DNA of 64,000 nucleotides, from assembly GCA_040954595.2 (NCBI GenBank), contig CM082587.2, forward strand, positions 11,413,403-11,477,402, read 5' to 3'. The DNA comes from Balanoglossus misakiensis. Lineage: Eukaryota; Animalia; Hemichordata. Positions 49,901 to 62,776 of this stretch are shown in pieces. The notes under the pieces are model-generated. The model saw only the letters and a program-made list of their open reading frames with translations, was not told where the DNA came from and did no database searches. The position numbers and the translations under genes are program-made. The stretch's first letter is position 1; each line of letters begins with the position of its first letter.

Positions 49901-52900
49901 TTAGAAAAATAAAATAAAAAAACCTTCGTTCTTCGAATTTGGTGCCCTGATCATATATGATATGTTGATTGTATGTTAAAACTTTCGACCACTCCAAAAA
50001 TGCAGAGATATTGACGGAATTCAAGAAAAAATAGCCATTTTGGCCATATTTTGACAAAATGGTACATTTTTAAAAAATCATAAAAAATAAACTCTTTTCT
50101 TCATTTTCGGAAATATTATGGAGCATGAAGTGTCGTTCTCTTGTAAAAAGTGCTGCAAATTCCAGAAAATGTGGTATAATTTGAATCACCCAAGACAAAA
50201 TTACCATTTTCGACTTGTTTTCGAAAAATTGTCTTTTTTACAAAATAAATAAGAATAAATTCTTTTCTTAGTTTCAAACGGGTAGAGATACTTTCCACAC
50301 GGGTTTTCTAACATTGAATTCCCGTTTATCAACTCAGATTTCCTACAGCATAAGTCGGCTAAAACCCTGACACTCTAGAGCAGAAACAGTTGCACACTGA
50401 TAACGTTGAACAAGTCGATTTTTCTACGGCCTGGCACGGCTAAATCTCGTCACAATATGACAGACACTAGCGTACGTTAGCAACGGTGATCAAGTCAGAT
50501 TTTCAACGGCATGGGTTGGATAAAGCCCCGGCACTCTAGAGCAGAAACACGCATACAGAGACCACGTTGATCAAGTCTGATCTCCTACGGCTTGGCTCGA
50601 CTAAAACCCCGGCACACTATGACAGACACTAGCGTTCGTTAGAAACGTTGATCAAGTCAGATTTCCTACGGCATGGCTTTGCTAAAGCCCTGACACTCTA
50701 GAGCAGAAACACGCGTACAGAGACCACGTTGATCTACTCACATTTCCTTCGGCCTGGCACGGCTGATGCCCCGGCACTATATATAGGACACAGACTGGCG
50801 TAAGTTAACAACGGTAATCACGTCGGGTTTCCTACGGCCTGGCTCAGCTGAAGCCCCGGCACTCTAGAGCAGAAACAGGCGTACATTGACCACGTTGATC
50901 AAGTCAGATTTCCTACGGCGTGACTCGGCTGGTGCACCGGCTCTATATGACACAGACTGGCGTAAGTTATCAACGGTGATTACGTCGGATTTCCTACGGC
51001 CTGGTTTAGCTGAAGCCCCGGCACTTTAGAGCGGAAACACGCGTACATTGACCACGATGATCAAGTCAGATCTCCTACGGCCTGGCTCGACTAAAACCCC
51101 GGCACACCATGACAGACACTAGCGTTCGTTAGCAACGGTGATCAAGTCGGATTTCCTTCGGCCTGGCTCTGCAAAAGACCCGACACTCTAGTACAAAGAC
51201 GTTGGCTAAGTCGGGCAAACCGAACAGGGAAAGTCACAGCGGGTCAACACTCGACATTTGTTCCGGTAGGACTGCTTTATTGCCTGTCAATTTATAGAGA
51301 AAGCCCGAATTTAACCAGGGCGTTTCAAACACCGACGTTAGTTGGGGGCACGGCCTGCAGTACTGCCGGGTAAGCTGACATCAGCGTACCGCATATAATG
51401 TAGGGGGGGAACAGAACGGTTAAATACTACATTTATCAGATATCAGCTAATTTTGGACAATCATCTAAAATGTAAATCATCTTTTCATATTTGGATATCT
51501 GATGAAGTATGAAATTTCCAATATATGTAAAAATGGTGCTGATTATAAAAAATGCACTCTGAATGAGCTGATTTAATACAAAATTGCGTTTTATTCGTTT
51601 TTGCACCAAAAAGGTCATTTTTAGGCAAAACATTCTTTATTTTTTTAATTCGGTGACCTGATCATATATAAGCAATTTCTTGCATGTTAAAAGTTTTTAT
51701 GACTTTTAAAAGCAGTGACACTGGCGGCATTCAACACGAAAATAACAATTTTAACCACAATTTGGTCAAAATGGTAAATTTTTGAAAATTACAAAAAATA
51801 CCTGTTTTCTACATTTTCGGAAATCTGATGGAGTATAGAATGCTCTTCGTATATATATATCGATACAAATTCCACAAAAGACCGTCTAATTTGGATCACT
51901 GCAGACAAAATTGCGTTTTACCAAATTTTCCTTGAAAATGTCATTTTTAGAAAAATAAAATAAAAAAACCTTCGTTCTTCGAATTTGGTGCCCTGATCAT
52001 ATATGATATGTTGATTGTATGTTAAAACTTTCGACCACTCCAAAAATGCAGAGATATTGACGGAATTCAAGAAAAAATAGCCATTTTGACCATATTTTGA
52101 CAAAATGGTACATTTTTAAAAAATCATAAAAAATAAACTCTTTTCTTCATTTTCGGAAATATTATGGAGCATGATGTGTCGTTCTTTTGTAAAAAGTGCT
52201 GCAAATTCCAGAAAATGTGGTATAATTTGAATCACCCAAGACAAAATTACCATTTTCGACTTGTTTTCGAAAAATTGTCTTTTTTACAAAATAAATAAGA
52301 ATAAATTCTTTTCTTAGTTTCAAACGGGTAGAGATACTTTCCACACGGGTTTTCAAACATTGAATTCCCGTTTATCAACTCAGATTTCCTACAGCATAAG
52401 TCGGCTAAAACCCTGACACTCTAGAGCAGAAACAGTTGCACACTGGTAACGTTGAACAAGTCGATTTTTCTACGACCTGGCTCGGCTAAATCTCCGTCAC
52501 AATATGACAGACACTAGCGTACGTTAGCAACGGTGATCAAGTCAGATTTTCTACGGCATGGCTTGGATAAAGCCCCGGCACTCTAGAGCAAAAACACGCG
52601 TACAGAGACCACGTTGATCAAGTCTGATCTCCTACGGCTTGGCTCGACTAAAACCCCGGCACACTATGACAGACACTAGCGTTCGTTAGCAACGTTGATC
52701 AAGTCAGATTTCCTACGGCATGGCTTTGCTAAAGCCCTGACACTCTAGAGCAGAAACACGCGTACAGAGACCACGTTGATCTACTCACATTTCCTTCGGC
52801 CTGGCACGGCTGATGCCCCGGCACTATATATAGGACACAGACTGGCGTAAGTTAACAACGGTAATCACGTCGGGTTTCCTACGGCCTGGCTCAGCTGAAG

Positions 52901-53254
52901 CCCCGGCACCCTAGAGCAGAAACAGGCGTACATTGACCACGTTGATCAAGTCAGATTTCCTACGGCGTGACTCGGCTGGTGCACCGGCTCTATATGATAC
53001 AGACTGGCGTAAGTTATCAACGGTGATTACGTCGGATTTCCTACGGCCTGGTTTAGCTGAAGCCCCGGCACTTTAGAGCGGAAACACGCGTACATTGACC
53101 ACGATGATCAAGTCAGATCTCCTACGGCCTGGCTCGACTAAAACCCCGGCACACCATGACAGACACTAGCGTTCGTTAGCAACGGTGATCAAGTCGGATT
53201 TCCTTCGGCCTGGCTCTGCAAAAGACCCGACACTCTAGTACAAAGACGTTGGCT
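40989..53254 (-). repeat. Macrosatellite, inverted block of ~6 monomers including a 4097-bp dimeric higher-order repeat
   Basis: Monomer period 2045-2053 bp. Variant pairs repeat exactly 4097 bp apart (45293/49390, 46019/50116, 47339/51436, 48065/52162). Confidence 0.95.
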
Positions 53255-56200
53255 ATTTTTTCTTGAATTCCGTCAATATCTCTGCATTTTTGGAGTGGTC
53301 GAAAGTTTTAACATACAATCAACATATCATATATGATCAGGGCACCAAATTCGAAGAACGAAGGTTTTTTTATTTTATTTTTCTAAAAATGACATTTTCA
53401 AGGAAAATTTGGTAAAACGCAATTTTGTCTGCAGTGAGCCAAATTAGACGGTCTTTTGTGGAATTTGTATCGATATATATATACGAAGAGCATTCTATAC
53501 TCCATCAGATTTCCGAAAATGTAGAAAACAGGTATTTTTTGTAATTTTCAAAAATTTACCATTTTGACCAAATTGTGGTTAAAATTGTTATTTTCGTGTT
53601 GAATGCCGCCAGTGTCACTGCTTTTAAAAGTCATAAAAACTTTTAACATGCAAGCAATTGCTTATATATGATCAGGTCACCGAATTAAAAAAATAAAGAA
53701 TGTTTTGCCTAAAAATGACCTTTTTGGTGCAAAAACGAATAAAACGCAATTTTGTATTAAATCAGCTCATTCAGAGTGCATTTTTTATAATCAGCACCAT
53801 TTTTACATATATTGGAAATTTCATACATCATCAGATATCCAAATATGAAAAGATGATTTACATTTTAGATGATTGTCCAAAATTAGCTGATATCTGATAA
53901 ATGTAGTATTTAACCGTTCTGTTCCCCCCCCTACATTATATGCGGTACGCTGATGTCAGCTTACCCGGCAGTACTGCAGGCCGTGCCCCCAACTAACGTC
54001 GGTGTTTGAAACGCCCTGGTTAAATTCGGGCTTTCTCTATAAATTGACAGGCAATAAAGCAGTCCTACCGGAACAAATGTCGAGTGTTGACCCGCTGTGA
54101 CTTTCCCTGTTCGGTTTGCCCGACTTAGCCAACGTCTTTGTACTAGAGTGTCGGGTCTTTTGCAGAGCCAGGCCGAAGGAAATCCGACTTGATCACCGTT
54201 GCTAACGAACGCTAGTGTCTGTCATGGTGTGCCGGGGTTTTAGTCGAGCCAGGCCGTAGGAGATCTGACTTGATCATCGTGGTCAATGTACGCGTGTTTC
54301 CGCTCTAAAGTGCCGGGGCTTCAGCTAAACCAGGCCGTAGGAAATCCGACGTAATCACCGTTGATAACTTACGCCAGTCTGTGTCATATAGAGCCGGTGC
54401 ACCAGCCGAGTCACGCCGTAGGAAATCTGACTTGATCAACGTGGTCAATGTACGCCTGTTTCTGCTCTAGAGTGCCGGGGCTTCAGCTGAGCCAGGCCGT
54501 AGGAAACCCGACGTGATTACCGTTGTTAACTTACGCCAGTCTGTGTCCTATATATAGTGCCGGGGCATCAGCCGTGCCAGGCCGAAGGAAATGTGAGTAG
54601 ATCAACGTGGTCTCTGTACGCGTGTTTCTGCTCTAGAGTGTCAGGGCTTTAGCAAAGCCATGCCGTAGGAAATCTGACTTGATCAACGTTGCTAACGAAC
54701 GCTAGTGTCTGTCATAGTGTGCCGGGGTTTTAGTCGAGCCAAGCCGTAGGAGATCAGACTTGATCAACGTGGTCTCTGTACGCGTGTTTCTGCTCTAGAG
54801 TGCCGGGGCTTTATCCAACCCATGCCGTTGAAAATCTGACTTGATCACCGTTGCTAACGTACGCTAGTGTCTGTCATATTGTGACGAGATTTAGCCGTGC
54901 CAGGCCGTAGAAAAATCGACTTGTTCAACGTTATCAGTGTGCAACTGTTTCTGCTCTAGAGTGTCAGGGATTTAGCCGACTTATGCTGTAGGAAATCTGA
55001 GTTGATAAACGGGAATTCAATGTTAGAAAACCCGTGTGGAAAGTATCTCTACCCGTTTGAAACTAAGAAAAGAATTTATTCTTATTTATTTTGTAAAAAA
55101 GACAATTTTTCGAAAACAAGTCGAAAATGGTAATTTTGTCTTGGGTGATCCAAATTATACCACATTTTCTGGAATTTGCAGCACTTTTTACAAAAGAACG
55201 ACACATCATGCTCCATAATATTTCCGAAAATGAAGAAAAGAGTTTATTTTTTATGATTTTTTAAAAATGTACCATTTTGTCAAAATATGGCCAAAATGGC
55301 TATTTTTTCTTGAATTCCGTCAATATCTCTGCATTTTTGGAGTGGTCGAAAGTTTTAACATACAATCAACATATCATATATGATCAGGGCACCAAATTCG
55401 AAGAACGAAGGTTTTTTTATTTTATTTTTCTAAAAATGACATTTTCAAGGAAAATTTGGTAAAACGCAATTTTGTCTGCAGTGAGCCAAATTAGACGGTC
55501 TTTTGTGGAATTTGTATCGATATATATATACGAAGAGCATTCTATACTCCATCAGATTTCCGAAAATGTAGAAAACAGGTATTTTTTGTAATTTTCAAAA
55601 ATTTACCATTTTGACCAAATTATGGTTAAAATTGTTATTTTCGTGTTGAATGCCGCCAGTGTCACTGCTTTTAAAAGTCATAAAAACTTTTAACATGCAA
55701 GCAATTGCTTATATATGATCAGGTCACCGAATTAAAAAAATAAAGAATGTTTTGCCTAAAAATGACCTTTTTGGTGCAAAAACGAATTAAACGCAATTTT
55801 GTATTAAATCAGCTCATTCAGAGTGCATTTTTTATAATCAGCACCATTTTTACATATATTGGAAATTTCATACTTCATCAGATATCCAAATATGAAAAGA
55901 TGATTTACATTTTAGATGATTGTCCAAAATTAGCTGATATCTGATAAATGTAGTATTTAACCGTTCTGTTCCCCCCCCCCCCCTACATTATATGCGGTAC
56001 GCTGATGTCAGCTTACCCGGCAGTACTGCAGGCCGTGCCCCCAACTAACGTCGGTGTTTGAAACGCCCTGGTTAAATTCGGGCTTTCTCTATAAATTGAC
56101 AGGCAATAAAGCAGTCCTACCGGAACAAATGTCGAGTGTTGACCCGCTGTGACTTTCCCTGTTCGGTTTGCCCGACTTAGCCAACGTCTTTGTACTAGAG

Positions 56201-57880
56201 TGTCGGGTCTTTTGCAGAGCCAGGCCGAAGGAAATCCGACTTGATCACCGTTGCTAACGAACGCTAGTGTCTGTCATGGTGTGCCGGGGTTTTAGTCGAG
56301 CCAGGCCGTAGGAGATCTGACTTGATCATCGTGGTCAATGTACGCGTGTTTCCGCTCTAAAGTGCCGGGGCTTCAGCTAAACCAGGCCGTAGGAAATCCG
56401 ACGTAATCACCGTTGATAACTTACGCCAGTCTGTGTCATATAGAGCCGGTGCACCAGCCGAGTCACGCCGTAGGAAATCTGACTTGATCAACGTGGTCAA
56501 TGTACGCCTGTTTCTGCTCTAGAGTGCCGGGGCTTCAGCTGAGCCAGGCCGTAGGAAACCCGACGTGATTACCGTTGTTAACTTACGCCAGTCTGTGTCC
56601 TATATATAGTGCCGGGGCATCAGCCGTGCCAGGCCGAAGGAAATGTGAGTAGATCAACGTGGTCTCTGTACGCGTGTTTCTGCTCTAGAGTGTCAGGGCT
56701 TTAGCAAAGCCATGCCGTAGGAAATCTGACTTGATCAACGTTGCTAACGAACGCTAGTGTCTGTCATAGTGTGCCGGGGTTTTAGTCGAGCCAAGCCGTA
56801 GGAGATCAGACTTGATCAACGTGGTCTCTGTACGCGTGTTTCTGCTCTAGAGTGCCGGGGCTTTATCCAACCCATGCCGTTGAAAATCTGACTTGATCAC
56901 CGTTGCTAACGTACGCTAGTGTCTGTCATATTGTGACGAGATTTAGCCGTGCCAGGCCGTAGAAAAATCGACTTGTTCAACGTTATCAGTGTCACTGCAT
57001 GAAAACCTAATAATACTTACAATATAAGCATGGACAATCGCCTGTATTTTAGTTGAATACAGTGTAGTCCATTGTTAATATAGAAAGTATTCACTGTGAA
57101 TACAGATATATTCATAATGGATAGACAAGTATAAGCACTATTCTGTATACCAGCTAATACACTGCAAGAATTCATCAGTATTTTTCAAAGAATAAAGATT
57201 TGGACTTGTCTGTATTCATCTGTGCTTTAGGAAAAATACAGACATGGATTCGTGTGATTTTTTCATTGCAGGTAATGGGTTCCATATTGATTCATGACTG
57301 ATTTTACATCAAATTAATGACTTTTGATCTTTGCTTCTTCATTAAATTTATCCTGCGATTTTCTTCATATAGGGCATACTGTTTATTTGCAGAATTACCC
57401 CATGTAATTGATAGCATTCCAGTAAATCTTTCAGCACAATCAATCCTGATTTCAGGCTACAGGCAGAAAAATTAACTGGTTGAATTTTATCAGTATTGTG
57501 TAAACATCTTCAAATATATCATGGGTCATATGGGAATACAGACTGACCAAAGCTGTGACACAAGACAAGACATCTCCCATCCATACATCCTCTCATGCTA
57601 CTAGTACATTCATGCCAACAATAAAACATAATGAAGAGGGTAAATTTTTCATTATTCACTTTTTATTATTATTCATAAATAAATTACAATAAAAAAGATA
57701 GCTGTTAAAATCAAACTTAAATAAGAGATTAACTCCACAAATTTTTTCTGTTTTTACATATTGCAATATTATAAAAATGGCAGGAAATGTAAGATGAAGA
57801 ATAAAAAGATATCCTGAGATTGGAAATAATGGTGACAATTTCAAGCTTCGGCAGGAGACTAGAGGAAAAGGGAATTTTAG

Positions 57881-58186
57881 TCAATTTAAATGTAACTGAG
57901 GTTCTACATAGTTTTCTGAATAAACATTGATTGGACGGGACCGGGATGATGGAGTTGCTGAGCATTGCCTTTTTTTGACTAGACTGCCTAAAATTCCCTT
58001 TTCCTCTAGTCTCCTGTCAAGTGTTTTGATCAGTTCATTAAGGGGTGCAGCTCTCCAGGCCGGCGACTTGACTAAAACTATGTCCTCTGATTCACCAACT
58101 TCCTCGTCCGACATTAGTTCCGCCTTTACCCTTGCCCAGAATTCTTTCTCATCTGCATTGACGACCCTTTCTCTCCTTTTTAATGT
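57881..58186 (-). CDS. Terminal exon of transposon accessory gene, C14orf93-like (MSDEE...V..P.WR...LN.LI..LD motif)
   Basis: Acceptor ttttttattttcAG at 58187, then TLKRRERVVNADEKEFWARVKAELMSDEEVGESEDIVLVKSPAWRAAPLNELIKTLDRR. The family assignment is from motif recall only. Confidence 0.55.
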   Translation of the reverse strand, partial: TLKRRERVVNADEKEFWARVKAELMSDEEVGESEDIVLVKSPAWRAAPLNELIKTLDRRLEEKGILGSLVKKRQCSATPSSRSRPINVYSENYVEPQLHLN

Positions 58187-58817
58187 CTGAAAATAAAAAA
58201 AAATGAACTGTATTAATATTTTTTTAAAATCTAACATATTAAGTCAAATTTTTCTTTGAATGGCATTTCGTATTATGGTGAACCTGCCTGCTGAAAGATG
58301 CCTCTTGAATGACAACCTTTACACAGGCTTCAATTCTCCAGTTTTATATTGTTCTCTTCACTACAATGCAAAACATGACAAAGACATGCTTATCTCCAGG
58401 TGTCATGAACAATAGAGATGTCACAAACAATAGTGATGAAGTGTGCAAGCTTATTGTGTGCAGTTTGTTTATGCCTTGTGTATGTGTTAAAGTTAGTTTA
58501 TCAAGCACATGTGTCATTTCCTGCAGAACAATGAGTATTTTGGTGTAGCATGGAAGAATGAGTGACTCTCATTACATTTGTTAAGTGAACATAATCATGG
58601 CAATTTTCCATCATGCATCCGCTAACCAAACAACTCCCTTCAAAAACACACAAATGACTAAGTGATGTTCATCATATGTCTAAAAGCAAAGGCAGTACGC
58701 TTTTATTGCCTACAGAACACACTTTCGGCCATTGGATTCGAAGTAACTGCTACAGTTCAAACAGACTGATTTATGAATGTGCAGATTAATGTCAACGATT
58801 TAAAACATAGTAATTAC

Positions 58818-59088
58818 CTGCTGCACGGACATCTGGACTGGCGATGCTGCTGACGGTTGGAGTTCGGTCGAAGTAGGAAGACATCTCAGTCAGCGAGCTT
58901 TGCCCATCTTCTCTTGACTGCCTTGAAGAATAAAAGTTTGGTACTGGTCTTGTTGGAGGATCATCATCGCTTGAAGTTGAACGTGACGTACTTGCGGACG
59001 GACGAATTGGAGTTGACCGCACAATGTCATGTGCAACTTGGTCAGCTGTTAATCGACTAGCAACTCGCGATCTTGATCGATAGCTCAT
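58818..59088 (-). CDS. Putative first exon (Ser/Arg/Pro-rich, disordered) of the same accessory gene
   Basis: ATG at 59088, 90 open codons, donor CAG|GTAATT at 58817. Its phase does not match the terminal exon, so middle exon(s) are missing or unrecognised. Confidence 0.45.
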
Positions 59089-61557
59089 ATCTTCTGTACT
59101 ATAAACTCTTTAAAAAATATGACTGGAGTGGATCTCTGGTCTTGCTCTCTGCTGCGCACTGTTGTCACTGTAGTTCATTCAGCTCGGCTGCACTGCTGAA
59201 CTTTAACCTTTCAAATTCGAGATATATACCCTATGGTGGCGATGTACAGGTACCCCTATGCTACTCTAAATAATCAATTCTTAACTCTTTTCAAAACGCC
59301 GAAACTTGTATTGCTTTGCAAAATGCTGGCAGCTTCGTAGTCTGTATATAGTGTGTCACACCTTTTACTGAATGGTATGTTCTTAAACCTACGCAAGCTG
59401 AGATCAGGCGAACCCCCCCCCCTCCACACACACACAGGAGTGCCCCCAAAGAGCTCAAAATGGATGTCAAATTATTTTTAGGGTGATTGCGCTTAAATTA
59501 AGTTTGATCTGTTGGGATATGGCTTGAATTAGCGCATTGTGGCCTTTTCTCCCTTTTTTGCTCCTGCTGTCTCCAGGGCATATCTCGATCTGGCAGTCTT
59601 CGGGGATCTAAGGGCAGTCATCGGCATAGCTATGCGTACAGGTCTGTGTGTTCCCGGCGTTACACGGCCTCTACCACTATGGTAACGCCGGTAACACACA
59701 GACCCGTACGCAGGGCTATACATGACCGGGCCAGGTGCGGGGAGCACCTGCACGTGTCAATCATTTCACTGGCGGTCAGTCGTGTCATTTTCACAAACAT
59801 TACTGTCTTTTGTTCACCTTGATCGGTAGTTTATTGGCCCACCAGATGACTCATATAGACGCCTGGGGCACTTGTAACAATGGTACAGACGTCCTGAAAC
59901 TTCGTTTTGGTAGAGAAAGTGTCACCAGGCCAAACATTTTTACAGAAAGTAAAATGAATCACCAGTGTTGTTGAACAGTGTTGTGTTCCGTTCCGTTCCG
60001 TTCCGTACCTCCATGCATGGTTCACACTGCGTTACTAGAAAAGACTGTTGGGAAACTCTATATTGTTCGGAAGGTGTGAAGGAGGTGTTAACTAGAAAAG
60101 TACTCTCAGTGTTTACCGAGTCGAGCATCTTACAATGGACAGCCATATGGTTTCCCAACCGTCTTTTTTAGTAACCGTTGTTGAACGCACAGGTTATTGT
60201 AGCCTATGGCTCGCAGTCAGCACATTTCTGAGATATAACGATCATATTTGGATTGTTAGATGTAGAATGGCGAGAAAGTTCGGCCACGGCACATTCGCTC
60301 GAGATTTGTAACGTGGTGCGCCGGACTGCCCATTTTTTCTATATCAGATCACAGGGTCTGTCCGTCTCGCCGCGTGACTAGGCTGCTGGTCCTCCGCAGT
60401 GGGGAAGCCGCGCAGGCTAGGCAAAGCCGGACACTTGCAATCTTGTAGGCACAGGCGAGAAATAACAATGATTGAGCAGCTACAGTCGCCGGCCAGCTTC
60501 AGGCCATTGAATAGGCTACAGCGTATAGTCTTTTCCTGCACAAGTTTTTTTCTGTGCATGGCCAAATTGACGCAATTAAGTGCTGGCAGTATAAAGCCTT
60601 CATATATATGTAACTTGCAAGCTTTGAATTTACGGATATTAAAATCGTCTTAACACTTCGGCAAGAACTAAGTTTACACCGTTGTTCCATGGAGGTATAA
60701 GGAAAGATTGCATCCATGGTTTTTCCTACTGATATTATAGATGGATTGAATTGTATTGTGTATGTTGCTTGTTTCGATCACAAGGATCGATGGACTACTA
60801 GTATTTTAGATCTACCAAAGAGGGACTGTGGCCTGAATCAGGTTGACCTTCACACCGGTCGGGTCATTCTAGTAATGATATGCAAATAGAACTTAAATCT
60901 CTGCGAATACAGATTGTATTTTGCAGTACCATTTCAAACCGGTCTTTGTGAATACATCGTCTATCTATTCTTAATACAGAATGTATTAAAGACTTGTACA
61001 ATCTGTATTTTTCAGTACTATGCATGGATTTAGAATAGTGCTTATACTAATGAATACAGACAAAAATCCATTGCTTGTATTCAGCAAGCCTATATTCATG
61101 TGGACTCACAAGAATTAGCGTGTATTAGCCTAAAATACTGGCAACTTGATTTGTGTGAATTTGTCTGTATTATAGGGTTTTCATGCAGTGTGTGCAACTG
61201 TTTCTGCTCTAGAGTGTCAGGGTTTTAGCCGACTTATGCTGTAGGAAATCTGAGTTGATAAACGGGAATTCAATGTTAGAAAACCCGTGTGGAAAGTATC
61301 TCTACCCGTTTGAAACTAAGAAAAGAATTTATTCTTATTTATTTTGTAAAAAAGACAATTTTTCGAAAACAAGTCGAAAATGGTAATTTTGTCTTGGGTG
61401 ATTCAAATTAGACCACATTTTCTGGAATTTGCAGCACTTTTTACAAGAGAACGACACTTCATGCTCCATAATATTTCCGAAAATGAAGAAAAGAGTTTAT
61501 TTTTTATGATTTTTTAAAAATGTACCATTTTGTCAAAATATGGCCAAAATGGCTATT

Positions 61558-61960
61558 TAGGGGACCAAGCGCCTGAGGGCGCTTGGTCCCCTTCTGTTAT
61601 TGCTGGAGTTTTTCTTCTTTCTTCTTGAGTCGTTTTTTTGCTCCCGTTTTTCTCTGAAATTCCGGCACCTGCGCCTATGAAGTTTGGCACGATGATTGGG
61701 GCCCATGAGTACTAGTGCACCTGCCCTTTGAATTTGTAATTAGTCACGTGACTTGGTGGCTATAATCGAGCGAAATTTTCAAATTGACCTAATTTGCACG
61801 TTAATGGGGGAATGTACATTCTTTTCGCGATTTTTGTAGACCATGTGGCCAAAATCCCTTGTGCCAAATTTCAAGGTCCTAGGCTACGTCGATTTTGAGA
61901 AGAAGATTTTTGTAATATTTTTCGCATTTTTGGTGGGCTGAGGACGGACACTGGGGCATC
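61558..61960 (+). mobile_element. Left (5') end of a third Helentron/HINE family; right end not seen in window
   Basis: Perfect 15-bp hairpin AGGGGACCAAGCGCC-tgag-GGCGCTTGGTCCCCT (61559-61592), then a T/C tract and TAATTAGTCACGTGAC shared with family 1. Inserted in the T run of GGCTATTT. The end coordinate is approximate. Confidence 0.75.
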
Positions 61961-62776
61961 GGACTTTGACCGTCATTACGTAATGTTGTGGAGATCTCAT
62001 TAGCAGGCTACTCACTTCTGGCGGGTTGCCGTAGTCCTTGGAAAATCGGCTGAAATACGTAAACAGACCAGTGATTATTTTCCACGGAATGAATTTTGGG
62101 ATAACACATTATCCGAGTTCAGGCTGTGTTAGGGCGTTTTATTGAATTACGCTGAGTTTGTTAGCTGTTGCCGTTCAAATGTTTCTATCTAGACCTGGCT
62201 ACACTGGTGAGGTATTTAAGGGTGTCGAAAAGACAAGAGTGAGGGGCCAAAGTGCGGGACACGCACAGTGCAATAAATGGCACTCTGCGGGAATTCACGC
62301 ACAATGCAATATATTCGACTCTGCGGGACTCTTGGCGCCCTCAACGATATGAAATGAAACGTTTAAATAGCGTTACGTCATGCATATAGTTTGGCAGTAC
62401 TTCGTTATTATAGATTACATTTCAATAGAGAATGGATCGCAAACAACGTCGTCGATTTTTTGAATCCCATCCATCGAATGTGCGAAGAAAGAAGCGGCCA
62501 CACCAGGAGATCGTTAAAAGCGTAAAGCGCCAACGTTTTGAGTAAGTATATATTAGAGTTGCACTGTTTGTAACACATAGCGTGCAGTATCATGTGATCG
62601 TGAAGGAGACAAAGGCCGGTATTAATTTGCCCTTTTCAGGTACGAAAGTCGCTCATTAAATGTCGGACAACAGGCGTTGATAGGTGTCATTAATTTAATT
62701 CTTTTAATAGTTTGATTGATTTATCCCGGCGGGGTGATCGTGTCCTCCCTTCCCTCTCAGGGCAAAACTGTATTAA

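Larger units (their letters stand above)
56993..61190. mobile_element. CMC (CACTA/EnSpm-like) DNA transposon, probably non-autonomous, 4198 bp
   Basis: TIR CACTGCATGAAAACC / GGTTTTCATGCAGTG (extends imperfectly to ~24 bp), 3-bp TSD TGT (56990-56992, 61191-61193) and many subterminal AATACAG/CTGTATT motifs at both ends. No transposase ORF seen. Confidence 0.85.
53255..61558 (+). repeat. Macrosatellite, forward block (interrupted by 56993-61190)
   Basis: Same monomer in + orientation, period 2047 (53700/55747). It resumes at 61191. Confidence 0.92.

Noticed and set aside
25800-55944. Recurrent 60-81 aa ORFs (MESISTRLK..., MFCLKMTF..., MSKYGQNG...) in satellite monomers
   Set aside because: Many use non-ATG starts, frames shift between copies and there are no protein motifs; they recur only because the DNA is repeated.
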